From Bdellovibrionota bacterium (lineage in GTDB: Bacteria > Bdellovibrionota_C > UBA2361 > JBIKWN01): a stretch of 64,000 bases of DNA. Location of the stretch: contig JBIKWN010000004.1 in assembly GCA_044356295.1 (NCBI GenBank), positions 1-64,000 on the forward strand, written 5' to 3'. Numbering within the stretch: position 1 is the first letter of the stretch; each line of letters begins with the position of its first letter. The notes beneath the pieces were generated by a model, which saw only the letters and a program-made list of their open reading frames with translations, had not been told where the DNA came from and ran no database searches. Of the stretch, positions 11,808 through 22,145 are shown in pieces. The translations under genes were made by a program, and so were the position numbers.

Positions 11808-13169
11808 ATGATTGATTTTTTAGTAGTAGAGAGTAGTGCTGAACATAGAAATAGACTTTGCGAGCGTTTATTATCGCTCCAAGGCGAAGTAACACGTTTA
11901 TTTCATGCGGCTCCTCAAATCTCGTTACGTCCTGCAGCTCCCCAAGAGCTTTCATATTTAAAACACCCTGATTTTATAATTTTAGGAAAAGAATATCTTT
12001 CTGAAGATCTTGTGCAAATTGCATCTGTAAAAAAGTTTTTTCCAGATACTCGAATTATTGCAGAAGTTACAAAGGAACTTTCAAGCCTTGTCATTGCAGA
12101 ACAGATGGTACGTCTTGGAGTAGACGATATTCTTTCTGATGATATCTCAGCTACTGATTTTTTTAGAAAAATTATTTTACTCAGTAAAAAAGAGAAAAAA
12201 AGTTCTCTTGGAAAATTAATCATTGTTGATAGTGGGAAAGGGGGGACAGGAGTTACCACGGTTGTAGCTTCAATCGGTGAACTGCTTCGTTCAAGTGGTA
12301 AAAAAGTTTGTTTAGTCGATCTAGATACCGAGACTCAGGATCTTACACGGTTTCTTCAAGTACGCCCTTTTTTAAATGAAAATCTCACTGCAGCGCTTGA
12401 GAATGGCAAAGCAATTATAAAAGAATGCGTCGACCAGATGGTTGTAGCAATAGATGGTGATGAGGATTTTGGAATTGTTGCTCCTCCTGTGATTGAGCTG
12501 TTTATTCAAGATTCGCGCTCTCAGATGGTTCGATCATTTATCTCTGTCATTGAGCAGCTCGATAAGATCCATGATGTTGTTATAATTGATGTTGCAGGGC
12601 TTCGAGGATCACTGCAACTTGCATTACAACGGATAGCAGATACCTATATTCTTGTTGCTAATCTAGAAGTCGCCTCAGTTTTTTCAACAATTCAAGCAAT
12701 TCAAAAAGTTTCAGATACTCAGTCTAAAAATGATTTTCGAATTCTTTTAAATGCTCGTACGACACAAGGACTTCCACGTTCCCTTGTACAATCAGAGATT
12801 ATTAAATCTGCAGAGTTGTTAAACGGGCAAGTATTACAAAGTATTATTCCATTTTCTCAATCACTGCTTTCTTGGCCAGGTTCTGTTGGCTCAATGTTTT
12901 TAGCGAGTGGTAAAAAAGTTGAACAAGCATTGAGATCCATTCTCATTGAAATTGGTTATTTGGAAAAAGAAGTGGCTCCTTCGGTAATTCAACCTGTTCT
13001 TAAACAATTAATTGAGAAAACTTCAGAAAACTTACGTCAACTACGTTTTCATAAATCTAAACAAATAACTAAAAAAATATCTATTGCGAATCCTGAACTG
13101 AGTGATTCTACGACACATGTATTAAAGGCTATTGAGGCGCCTCGAAAAGCACTGCCTACGATTGAATAA
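11808..13169 (+). CDS. cpaE: TadZ/CpaE-like MinD-family pilus protein with N-terminal pseudo-receiver domain
   Basis: Deviant Walker A SGKGGTGVTT, VCLVDLD; first gene of the Tad cluster. Confidence 0.75.
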   Translation: MIDFLVVESSAEHRNRLCERLLSLQGEVTRLFHAAPQISLRPAAPQELSYLKHPDFIILGKEYLSEDLVQIASVKKFFPDTRIIAEVTKELSSLVIAEQMVRLGVDDILSDDISATDFFRKIILLSKKEKKSSLGKLIIVDSGKGGTGVTTVVASIGELLRSSGKKVCLVDLDTETQDLTRFLQVRPFLNENLTAALENGKAIIKECVDQMVVAIDGDEDFGIVAPPVIELFIQDSRSQMVRSFISVIEQLDKIHDVVIIDVAGLRGSLQLALQRIADTYILVANLEVASVFSTIQAIQKVSDTQSKNDFRILLNARTTQGLPRSLVQSEIIKSAELLNGQVLQSIIPFSQSLLSWPGSVGSMFLASGKKVEQALRSILIEIGYLEKEVAPSVIQPVLKQLIEKTSENLRQLRFHKSKQITKKISIANPELSDSTTHVLKAIEAPRKALPTIE

Positions 13170-13195
13170 ATTTAACTTAATTAAGGAGAGACTAA

Positions 13196-13402
13196 ATGAA
13201 AAAAAATAAGAAACAGAAAGGTTTTACCCTTCTCGAGTATACAGCAGGGGCCGCTGTCATAATCGGTGTTGTTTGGGTTGCAGTGAATGCAATGGGGGGC
13301 AGTCTTCGTGATGTGTTCGATGCAATTTCAAGATGGGCTAATGGTAGAGTCAGTCAAATTGATAATGGTTCTGCTGGCGGATCTGGATCAGGAACTCCAT
13401 AA
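13196..13402 (+). CDS. flp: Flp-type pilin
   Basis: 68 aa, KKQKG|FTLLEY followed by a hydrophobic helix, AAGGAGAG RBS. Confidence 0.85.
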   Translation: MKKNKKQKGFTLLEYTAGAAVIIGVVWVAVNAMGGSLRDVFDAISRWANGRVSQIDNGSAGGSGSGTP

Positions 13403-13405
13403 GTC

Positions 13406-14311
13406 ATGGCTGTAAGATATCGACCACGGCAAAGACGTGGAATCAATTCATATACTACGGCATTAGTGTTTTTGAGCGTTTCAATTTTAGGTGCTGCATT
13501 GATTTTATCAATGACAAAACAAAAACCAGAACTCAAACAACAATCAATTGTTGTTGCCGAGTATGATACTGTATCTTTGCCCGTTCCTTCTAAACCTGTT
13601 CCAGCAGGAGTAAAAGGAAAAGATATTTTATTTAAATTTGTTTCTTTTCCAAAACAACAAATTCCATTAGGCGCAATCACCGATCTTTCGTTGATTACCG
13701 ATCAATCGTCTAACGTTGCTCTTCCAGCCGATCTGCCTCTTTTTGAAAGTAATTTTTCAAAGGGATTCCATGCTTCAAATCCAGTGATTGAAAGAATCCC
13801 TGCCGGAATGAGAGCAATGACAATTCGTGTTGATGCAACAACAGCGGTAGAAGGGTGGGCAGGTAGTGGGGCCATTGTTGATATCCTTTTAGTTACTAAA
13901 GATCAGACGAAAGTTGTTGCTGAAAAAGTGAGAATACTTTCAGCAGAGCGATCAGTTGCACCTGTAGAGGGCGCTGGTTCTCCTTCAGTTCCTAATACGA
14001 TTACTGTGCTTGTGACTCAAGAGCAATGTCTTGCAATAAATACTGCGATACCACTTGGAAAAATTGCCTTTGCTCTTAGAAGTACTGCAGATGAAGCTGC
14101 TTGGAATGATGGTATTTATACAGCTGACCGATTAAAAGGTTCAAATATTGCTTCAACTGGAAAGCGTCCTGAAGTTTCAGGATTTGTTTCGGTAAAAGAT
14201 AGTGACCATAAGCCAGGTAAGCAGTTTGCCTTTACCGATGGTCGTTGGATTAAAACTGATTCTATTCCATCTGGATTTCTAGTTGATCAGGATAGAGGAA
14301 TATCAGAATGA
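13406..14311 (+). CDS. cpaB: Flp pilus assembly protein CpaB/RcpC
   Basis: IPAGMRAMTIRVD...AVEGW...G..VDILL; N-terminal TM helix. Confidence 0.9.
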   Translation: MAVRYRPRQRRGINSYTTALVFLSVSILGAALILSMTKQKPELKQQSIVVAEYDTVSLPVPSKPVPAGVKGKDILFKFVSFPKQQIPLGAITDLSLITDQSSNVALPADLPLFESNFSKGFHASNPVIERIPAGMRAMTIRVDATTAVEGWAGSGAIVDILLVTKDQTKVVAEKVRILSAERSVAPVEGAGSPSVPNTITVLVTQEQCLAINTAIPLGKIAFALRSTADEAAWNDGIYTADRLKGSNIASTGKRPEVSGFVSVKDSDHKPGKQFAFTDGRWIKTDSIPSGFLVDQDRGISE

Positions 14312-15672
14312 AAAAGGCAGCGCTGGCATTTCAAGATTCGTATTTGCCAGTGCCGGTTTCTAAAGGTACAGAACGAAAACCTGCTTTTTCATCAGCTACT
14401 ATTATTTATGTTTTGCAAGAAGTGCTCAGAGAACTTGCTAACCATTCAGATGAAACACTAAGCGATGAAAAAGAGCTCCAAAAAATTGTTCAATCAGTTG
14501 AAGAAAAAGTTGGTATTCAGCTCACTCAACTAGAACGAACTGAAGTTTTAGCTAGTATAGAGAAAGAAAAAAGAGCTTTTGGCGTTCTTCAGGAGCTTAT
14601 CGATGATAGCTCGGTATCCGATATAATCGTTTCTGATTATTGTCATATAACTGTTCAAAAGGGTCGAAAAAATATTCGAACTGATTATTCTTTTTCAACA
14701 GAAGCAGCATATGAAATATTTGTCGAACGGTTATTAACAAAAGCGGGAACGAGCTATTCGACTAAAAAGCCTATAGCTGACGGCATGATTGGCTCTTTCG
14801 CTCGAATCCATGCGGTTCATAAATCAATCTGTGAAGGTGGTCCATATCTTACGATTAGGTTAAATCGATTTTCGTCTGTTGGAATTTCAGATCTCTATCT
14901 TGCGGGCCTTGCACCTCGACAAATTTTTGATTATCTCGAAGCACTCGTTGCTACTGGGCATACACTTCTCTTAGCAGGGGAAGTCGGCACTGGTAAGACA
15001 ACGCTTGCAAGAGCACTTGCAGGTACTATTCCTTTTGATGAATCAATTATCGTCATTGAAGATACTGCCGAGATTCGCCTTGACCATCCGCATGTTCGCT
15101 ACGTTACGACACGAGAAGCAAACACTGAAGGAGCTGGTAAGCTTTCACCAAGTGAATGCATCCGCGCAGGCATGCGTATGGCAATGAATCGAATTATTTT
15201 CGGTGAGATTCGAGATGCAGAAGCCGCCGAAAGTTTTATTGATGTCTGTGCCTCTGGACATCCCGGTCTTTCAACAATTCATTCAAGAAGTGCAATTGAC
15301 GCAGTTGCGCGGCTAGAACTTTTTCTAGGAAGAGCCCAAAAAGGTGTTGAAAAACGAGTCCTGACGGAACAAATTGCAACAGCACTGCAAGTCATTATTC
15401 ATATTGATATCTGTAAAGAGACAGGACTTCGCAGAATTATGGAAGTAAAGGAAATAGGACCATTTTCTGACGGAGTTCTCCGGCAGCGTGATATGTTTCG
15501 ATATCAGTTAAAAGATGGCACTCCTACTTGGACAGTCTCAAATAAAGTAAGCGCTTATAAAAATAAAATTGAAAATACTCAAAAGCCTGTTCGACTATCA
15601 CAATATCCTAATCAATTAGCGTTCTCTGTCGAAGAACATTTTCAACATTTTCGGTCACGAGAGGCGGCATGA
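14308..15672 (+). CDS. cpaF: Tad secretion ATPase CpaF/TadA
   Basis: GEVGTGKTT, IEDTAEI, RIIFGEIRD, SGHPGLSTIH. Confidence 0.92.
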   Translation: MKKAALAFQDSYLPVPVSKGTERKPAFSSATIIYVLQEVLRELANHSDETLSDEKELQKIVQSVEEKVGIQLTQLERTEVLASIEKEKRAFGVLQELIDDSSVSDIIVSDYCHITVQKGRKNIRTDYSFSTEAAYEIFVERLLTKAGTSYSTKKPIADGMIGSFARIHAVHKSICEGGPYLTIRLNRFSSVGISDLYLAGLAPRQIFDYLEALVATGHTLLLAGEVGTGKTTLARALAGTIPFDESIIVIEDTAEIRLDHPHVRYVTTREANTEGAGKLSPSECIRAGMRMAMNRIIFGEIRDAEAAESFIDVCASGHPGLSTIHSRSAIDAVARLELFLGRAQKGVEKRVLTEQIATALQVIIHIDICKETGLRRIMEVKEIGPFSDGVLRQRDMFRYQLKDGTPTWTVSNKVSAYKNKIENTQKPVRLSQYPNQLAFSVEEHFQHFRSREAA

Positions 15673-16361
15673 GATTTCAAAATGCTTCAAGTATTCAGAT
15701 TCAAGATCTGCTTCGCGCTCATGAGCACGAAACTAGTCCGTCTCGTTCAGATTCAAACAAAGAAATTAATAAAAATCGAAAGAGTATTTTTAATTTCTTT
15801 ACGACACAATCAAATAAAAAAAAGTTTGAAGAAGATTATCCTGCTTTTTTGTTGGCAATGGCATCCGCTCTTCGAACTGGGCTTGATCCACTTGCAGCAA
15901 TTAATTCCGTTGAATCAATGCTTCCAGAGTCATCCGTTTTACGCAGAGAGATAGGATTGTTCAAAACACAGATTCAATCTAGTTCATCTGAAGAAGAAGC
16001 AATTTTTTCATTCGCATCATCTGTGAATCATCCTGATGTAAGACTTTTTACAACCGCACTGCTCCTTTCCAGGAAAGAAGGATCATCTTTAGGTGCGTGC
16101 TTGCAACGATTAAATCGATTTACAAGACAGCGACAAGCGTTTCGTAGAAAAGCCAAAGCAGCAGTTGCTATGCAGCGATTATCCAGTTTTGGAATTGTTG
16201 GATGCAGCCTTCTTATTGGAGTGATGCAACTTGGAATGAATCATCAAAGTTTTATCGAGGCTTGGAATCATCCTCTAGGTAGATTACTTCTTTCGGGCGG
16301 TGGATCGTTATTGTGTATAGGATTTATCTGGATGCTCTATCTTGGGAGGTCAAAGATATGA
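15669..16361 (+). CDS. tadB: TadB-like (T2SSF) platform protein
   Basis: MASALRTG, G.SL...L..L pattern, two C-terminal TM helices, position after tadA. Confidence 0.8.
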   Translation: MRFQNASSIQIQDLLRAHEHETSPSRSDSNKEINKNRKSIFNFFTTQSNKKKFEEDYPAFLLAMASALRTGLDPLAAINSVESMLPESSVLRREIGLFKTQIQSSSSEEEAIFSFASSVNHPDVRLFTTALLLSRKEGSSLGACLQRLNRFTRQRQAFRRKAKAAVAMQRLSSFGIVGCSLLIGVMQLGMNHQSFIEAWNHPLGRLLLSGGGSLLCIGFIWMLYLGRSKI

Positions 16362-17191
16362 TTCGCGATCTATTGATAATGTTGATACCACTTTGTTGTT
16401 TGATTGCTGGAATTGGTCTTCATCTTTATGAAAAAAGAATTAAGATTAAAGGAAAAATATTTGATCTCTTGGATGACGATCAGGAAAAAGATGCTGCAGT
16501 TAATACAAAACAACAGTCGATTGGATCAAATATAATACTTCCATCTACTTTTGTTGCAGTTGCGCTTTTTGTCCAAGCGTTGAGTGGTAGATCAACAGGG
16601 ACAATCTTTGCTTCAGGGCTTATTGCCGGTGCATTCGGTATAATCATTAGTGAACAGATAAGAAAAAGAAAAACTACTTCTCAGATTCGTTCTATTGAGT
16701 ATTTTTTGCCACTTATCATGGAGCGTGTTGTTATGGCGGTTGAAGCGGGACTAGATATCATTCCTGCGATTAAAACTGTTGTTGGTATAGAACAACGACA
16801 ACTCAATTACTTTAAAAATAAACAGATACATACAGTTGAAGATCCAGTAAGCAAAGCACTTAGTTTAGTGGTTCAAAGAACTGAGAAAGGAGTTCATTTC
16901 GAAGAGGCATTGAAAGACGTTGCAAAGCTTTCATCATGTGCAAGTTTACAGCACTCATTTCTCCATCTTGGCATTGCTTATAGAGAAGGAGGTGAACTCA
17001 TTGGACCACTCAGAGAACTTAGTGATGCCACACAGTCTCAGTATCAAGATAGCATTGAAGAAGATTTAGCAAAGCTTCCAGTTAAAGCGACAGCCCCGTT
17101 AGTTTTAACATTTGCTGGGCTTATTTTATTTTTCCTTTCGTCACCCCTTATTCAAATTCTTTCATTTGCTGCTAAGGCGACACCAAAATGA
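16358..17191 (+). CDS. tadC: TadC-like (T2SSF) platform protein
   Basis: VMAVEAGLD, AKLPVKATAPL. ATG at 16358 (ATGA overlap, GGAGGT RBS) preferred over 16313. Confidence 0.82.
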   Translation: MIRDLLIMLIPLCCLIAGIGLHLYEKRIKIKGKIFDLLDDDQEKDAAVNTKQQSIGSNIILPSTFVAVALFVQALSGRSTGTIFASGLIAGAFGIIISEQIRKRKTTSQIRSIEYFLPLIMERVVMAVEAGLDIIPAIKTVVGIEQRQLNYFKNKQIHTVEDPVSKALSLVVQRTEKGVHFEEALKDVAKLSSCASLQHSFLHLGIAYREGGELIGPLRELSDATQSQYQDSIEEDLAKLPVKATAPLVLTFAGLILFFLSSPLIQILSFAAKATPK

Positions 17192-18615
17192 GCTTTTTAA
17201 CGACAAGTTTTATTTTTCCCCTTCTCGTATTGCTTGGAAGTATTGTTATTGATGTTCAAAATTATACTGCTCAGGCAGTTTCTCTTCAGGATGCAGTTGA
17301 TGATGCTGCATTAGTTGGTACCAAATATCTTCCCAATGTAGGTTTAGCCCAATCAGTTGCATCAGATCTTATAAAAAGACGAGTACCATCTGCAACCTTA
17401 CTAGTAACAGTAAAAAGTGATTCACTTTCAATAACAGCAGATCAAAAATTTTATCCGTTTCTTGCAAGTTTTTTTACAAACGTTCAAGGACAAGAAGGAT
17501 ATGAATTTTCCCTTCCGCTGAAAGCGATTTCATATGGTAAAATTACCCCGGTCGACCTATTTCTTGCGATTGAACGCGGAAGTCGAGTAGCTCCATCACT
17601 TTCTGCAACTGCAGATGAACGTTTAGGAGACCAACAATCGTTTCCAGTTCCGCTCTATTTTTCACAGAATCAAATTTCCCAAGGCAGTCATATTATTCCT
17701 CCAGAAATTGCCCTTGAGCAGTGTTTTAATCCTCGATTTAATAAGATTAAAGAAACTAGTATTCGAGTGCTCGATAGTGTTGCAGGTTCAGCACTACACC
17801 GTTTAAGTGTGAGCTTTTTTCCTGGAAGCAGAACGTTTAGGGGCAATAATAGAGCGCTTCAAAAATTTCAAAATCCAGATGTTGCAACATTTTATGATAC
17901 ATATCCAGACTCTGATAATGGAACTCCCGTCGTTGTGAATGAACTTGAAAATTCTTTTGATAATGGGAAACCTATTTTTCCTGTGCAATCAGTTCAATGT
18001 GCATCTGTCGCGCAAAATGTGTTCTCAAGTACAACGTATCAATTCCCTAAAAAACCAAACTATATTGAGTCTTCAAATCAAAATCTAATTAACGATACTG
18101 ATTTAGCGATCAATCAATCGTATCCGTTAACGTATGCAGAACCAATCTGGTCTCGCGTGGCATATCCAACTGCTCTGTTTGATACGAATCTTTCTTTGCA
18201 GTCGATGATTGCTGATTTTAATTCAACGAATGCTGATACAAATCGTGGAGGGCTTATCAACCGCGCAAGACAAGTAGGGGTATTTGTATCTGTTGGTCTT
18301 CCTCAAGTACAAGGTGTAACGCTTCAACATGAAGATGATCCTGTTTGGAATGCGCTGGATGGAACCCTATCAAATATTCAGGCTATCAAACGAAGAGAAA
18401 ACAATAGACTTACTATTCTCTATATCATGCTTGAATCAACCCAAAGTGAAGCATCACTCGTAGAGCGACTCTTTCAACGTCATCAAGAACTAGGAGTTGA
18501 TGGGCAACCAGTTTTTCAAGCAAAAGTTTTTACGGGAGAACATTTCCAGTCACTTATCTCAGAAACAATTCCGTCTATTTTAAGAGGAGAGCAGGGAAGT
18601 GTTATTGCTCGGTAA
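17188..18615 (+). CDS. TadG-like pilus-associated protein, possible degenerate vWA domain
   Basis: N-terminal TM then IVID...LQDAVDDAALVG (Tad N-terminal signature); VDLFLAIERGSR resembles a degenerate vWA first strand. Confidence 0.7.
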   Translation: MSFLTTSFIFPLLVLLGSIVIDVQNYTAQAVSLQDAVDDAALVGTKYLPNVGLAQSVASDLIKRRVPSATLLVTVKSDSLSITADQKFYPFLASFFTNVQGQEGYEFSLPLKAISYGKITPVDLFLAIERGSRVAPSLSATADERLGDQQSFPVPLYFSQNQISQGSHIIPPEIALEQCFNPRFNKIKETSIRVLDSVAGSALHRLSVSFFPGSRTFRGNNRALQKFQNPDVATFYDTYPDSDNGTPVVVNELENSFDNGKPIFPVQSVQCASVAQNVFSSTTYQFPKKPNYIESSNQNLINDTDLAINQSYPLTYAEPIWSRVAYPTALFDTNLSLQSMIADFNSTNADTNRGGLINRARQVGVFVSVGLPQVQGVTLQHEDDPVWNALDGTLSNIQAIKRRENNRLTILYIMLESTQSEASLVERLFQRHQELGVDGQPVFQAKVFTGEHFQSLISETIPSILRGEQGSVIAR

Positions 18616-19291
18616 AAAACGAAACCAACAATTTGGATTCACTATCATCGAAACTGCTTCAATTGCTTTTATTTTAGCCTCTTTGTCGTATGTAATCTTT
18701 ACGCTCGGACAAGCATTCAGTCTTCGTCACGAAGTCAATCAATCAGTTTCAGAGATTCTTCATCTACAAAACCGACCGATGATGAGAGTGAGTTTTAATA
18801 ATCAAGGAATACCCTCATACGAAACTCAGAGTGACGCAGTATCAGAGACAACCCAACTGCTCTCTACTCACGGAAAAGAGCTTATAGAGAAACGGAATTT
18901 TTTAAGAAATCGTCCGTACCGGATAGATGCCGCAGTTGTATTTGGGTCTATAGATGAAGAGAGTGGATCATTTAATGGATTTGAATCGATACAATCAACG
19001 TCTCATAGCGGCGAACTTTCCGTTCCGCAGTCAATTTTGCAAGATTTTTCAATAAGTAAAATCCTTGAAGATTCAAGTCGTAATTCTTTCGTACTGCAAT
19101 CATTTGCTGAAAGCTCAATGGGAATTGTATACGAAGAGGGTCATAAGAATTTTATTCCTCGCCTCCCGCTTCAAATCGTGTGTCTCTATATCCAAGATAC
19201 TGGATCGATAAAAGCAATTTTTGGATCAACGTATATTCCTGACGGAATAATTGCACAGTGTGATATTAAAAAAGGCAGAACCGTATTATGA
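18599..19291 (+). CDS. Pseudopilin/minor pilin-like protein (TadE/F-like)
   Basis: KKRNQQFG|FTIIE followed by a hydrophobic helix. Confidence 0.65.
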   Translation: MLLLGKKRNQQFGFTIIETASIAFILASLSYVIFTLGQAFSLRHEVNQSVSEILHLQNRPMMRVSFNNQGIPSYETQSDAVSETTQLLSTHGKELIEKRNFLRNRPYRIDAAVVFGSIDEESGSFNGFESIQSTSHSGELSVPQSILQDFSISKILEDSSRNSFVLQSFAESSMGIVYEEGHKNFIPRLPLQIVCLYIQDTGSIKAIFGSTYIPDGIIAQCDIKKGRTVL

Positions 19292-20484
19292 AAACAATCA
19301 GACAATGTATATCTTCGTTATTTTCAAAATGGCATACGTTTCAAGACATGGAACAGTTTCTTAAGTCAAAACTTGGCTCAAAGTTTTTTGTTTCATTTAA
19401 GGCAAATCATATAGATCGAAGAGTTTGGATAGACGCAGCTTCGAAAGCACTAGGAATGAATTCAGCAGAACTCTGGATGGAATTTTCAGAAAAAAATGGC
19501 ACGCCGTTTATTGCTGTTATTCCTGAAATGAATTTTGGTGATAAGGATGAAGAGACTCTTTTTATTCGTTATGCAAGTATTCCCATTGTTGATACATCAG
19601 GTAGTGTTCTTGGCATTGCATCAATTGATCCCGTTTGGGCAAAAAAACATCTTTCAGAATATGCAATTTATGACTGGTATACTTCATCATGGGAATTAAT
19701 TGCTGCTCGGTACAGAGCAAAAACTAATCTTTTATCTGACAAAGTAAAAATTCATGCACAAGAAGTAAAGCCAGAAGAGATTTTAGAAAAAATTTGTAAA
19801 ACTGTTGATGGAATCGATTATCAAAAGATCGTGATTTCTCCCATGCTTGCACGGTATCAAATTGTATACGGAGCAGGTGAAACTGCTTTTGGAGAACTGC
19901 ATGAAAGAATTATTAATTCGCTCAATGATTATCTGAGTATTCGATTAGATCAAAAGAAATCAGTTACGCTTTCAATCAATGAATCCCCGTTTCTTTTAAG
20001 CAAAGACATTTCAAATGAGTTTGTACTTGAAAAAATCTCAAAACCCCAAGCTGGCATTATTCATCAATTCCCACCGCTCTTTAGGGATAGATCAGATAGC
20101 GTTTTATTAGTTGATGATAATAAAAGTTTTTTACAAATCGTATCTCAGTATCTTACGAAGCAAGGAATCAAAGTTTCAACTGCAATCGATGGAGACAAAG
20201 CACTTACGTTTCTCGAAGAGCAAACATTACTGCCGTCAGTTATTGTATGCGATCTTCACATGCCAAATAAAAATGGTTTTGAATTTATTCAAACTTTAAA
20301 AAGTGATGAACGATATCAAAGTATCCCAGTTATTTCACTGACCTCAGATAAAGATGTCGAAGCAGAGATATCTTTACTTACATTAGGTGTCGCCGCGTTT
20401 ATTTCTAAAAATGAAGATCCAAGAATTCTTGCCTTACACGTAAGGCGTCATTTACCAGTATCTAATAAAAAGAAAGCAGCATAA
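19288..20484 (+). CDS. Response regulator: unknown (possibly PilB/GspE-N-like) N-terminus plus C-terminal receiver domain
   Basis: VLLVDD, VCDLHMPNKNG, IPVISLT, FISK. Confidence 0.8.
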   Translation: MKTIRQCISSLFSKWHTFQDMEQFLKSKLGSKFFVSFKANHIDRRVWIDAASKALGMNSAELWMEFSEKNGTPFIAVIPEMNFGDKDEETLFIRYASIPIVDTSGSVLGIASIDPVWAKKHLSEYAIYDWYTSSWELIAARYRAKTNLLSDKVKIHAQEVKPEEILEKICKTVDGIDYQKIVISPMLARYQIVYGAGETAFGELHERIINSLNDYLSIRLDQKKSVTLSINESPFLLSKDISNEFVLEKISKPQAGIIHQFPPLFRDRSDSVLLVDDNKSFLQIVSQYLTKQGIKVSTAIDGDKALTFLEEQTLLPSVIVCDLHMPNKNGFEFIQTLKSDERYQSIPVISLTSDKDVEAEISLLTLGVAAFISKNEDPRILALHVRRHLPVSNKKKAA

Positions 20485-22145
20485 TGGTTCACGTGTCATC
20501 GATAACAGTACTTGCTCTCTTTGGTGCCATCGCTTTAGTTGCGTATCTGGCGCTTTTTTATCGTCGAGTTACCTATAAACGATTATCAAAACTATTATTT
20601 TCAACGGAAGAAAACATTTCATTCCATCAAATTAAGGAAGAGATTTTATCATTGCAAAAAAAGAAGCTTGCTTCTTCTATACATAATCCACATTTTTCTT
20701 CGATAGAAACTCTTCCTGAGCTTTTTGAACATTTTATTCAGGAAGTAAGAGCTCGAATTGGTTATTTAGAGATCTCTGGACCAGGACTTTCGATGCGACT
20801 CCCGTTTAGTGGGAATGATCCATTATTTAATCTTCAAGTTGATGACAAGCCGCTAGAAACTGTTTGTAACTCTGTATCATCTATGTGGCTTAAACGTTTT
20901 GGAGTCATATCGACTGAGTTTTTAGAACAACGACAACATCAACTTTCCGTAAATGTTTGGATTGGATTTTCACACACTAAAAAAATAGACCCTTCCCTTA
21001 GTAGTTCTTTTTTAAGTGCTGTTTTTGAATTTATTGAAAAAAAACTTTTAAAGCATCAATCAGGTGTCACCACAGAAAAGCACCTTCAAGAAATTACACA
21101 TGATATTCGAAGTCCACTGCACAACGTAAAACACGCAATCCAACTAGCACAAACAGAAATAGAAGATCCAAATGTAAAATCATATCTATCTGTTGCCCTT
21201 CAAAATATTGATACAGTTGCTGAATTAACTGACTCAATACTTGATTTCTCGTCTCGCGCTGCTGGAGTTGAAATTACTCGACCATCAGCTCAATCATTGT
21301 TTGACTCTGTTGTACAAGTCATTAACCGATACTCAGTAGCCTTAGCAATGAAGAAAATTATTCCAAGTATATTTATTGGAAAAGAACTTGAAGTTCTTTT
21401 TGATACAACTCAGTTCAGTCGTGTTCTCTCCAATATAGTGAGTAATGCTATAAAGTATAGTGATTCGGGCAATCTTGTTTTTAGAGCTGAGCAGATTAGA
21501 GATGTCATCATTCTATCAATAGCAGATCAAGGAATTGGAATGACTAAAGAGCAGCTTTCTTCTTTGTTCCAGCCTTTTACAAGGTATCAACGACATCTTG
21601 CTGAAGGTGCTGGGCTTGGATTAGTTGTTACCAAGGAGCTTCTGCACGCAAATGATGCTTCCGTAATAGTAGATTCAGAATTTGGAAGAGGTACTACTTT
21701 TACTTTGACACTCAAGTCTCCTTCCTTAAAAGATATACCATCAAGTTTAGTATCAAATTTTGAATTTGATACTTTCAAAAAAATTCTCTTAATTGAGGAC
21801 AATCAAGATATTCGTAATTCATTGGTACGCTCTTTCGAAGATAGTAAGATTAGAATCTATACTGCTCAGAATTTTATCGAAGCAGAATCAATTATTAGAT
21901 TTCAACAATTTGAAGCAGTGATTAGTGATCTTGAAACTGGTCAGGGAGATATTGAGCAATTTTTGAATCAACTGGACAGACGAAGTGGCTTCTGTCCAGT
22001 TCTTATCATTTCTGGAAAAACTGTTCCTCATTCAATCATCAATAGAGTTGACTACGTAAAGAAGCCATTTCATTTTGAAAAAATAGTGGAGTGGATTCAA
22101 AAAAACGATATAACTAATGCTCAATTGCAACAGGTACAGCAGTAA
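20484..22145 (+). CDS. Membrane-anchored hybrid sensor histidine kinase
   Basis: THDIRSPL (H box), NIVSNAIKY, DQGIG, GAGLGL, C-terminal REC domain (LIEDN, ISDL, KP). Confidence 0.92.
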   Translation: MVHVSSITVLALFGAIALVAYLALFYRRVTYKRLSKLLFSTEENISFHQIKEEILSLQKKKLASSIHNPHFSSIETLPELFEHFIQEVRARIGYLEISGPGLSMRLPFSGNDPLFNLQVDDKPLETVCNSVSSMWLKRFGVISTEFLEQRQHQLSVNVWIGFSHTKKIDPSLSSSFLSAVFEFIEKKLLKHQSGVTTEKHLQEITHDIRSPLHNVKHAIQLAQTEIEDPNVKSYLSVALQNIDTVAELTDSILDFSSRAAGVEITRPSAQSLFDSVVQVINRYSVALAMKKIIPSIFIGKELEVLFDTTQFSRVLSNIVSNAIKYSDSGNLVFRAEQIRDVIILSIADQGIGMTKEQLSSLFQPFTRYQRHLAEGAGLGLVVTKELLHANDASVIVDSEFGRGTTFTLTLKSPSLKDIPSSLVSNFEFDTFKKILLIEDNQDIRNSLVRSFEDSKIRIYTAQNFIEAESIIRFQQFEAVISDLETGQGDIEQFLNQLDRRSGFCPVLIISGKTVPHSIINRVDYVKKPFHFEKIVEWIQKNDITNAQLQQVQQ

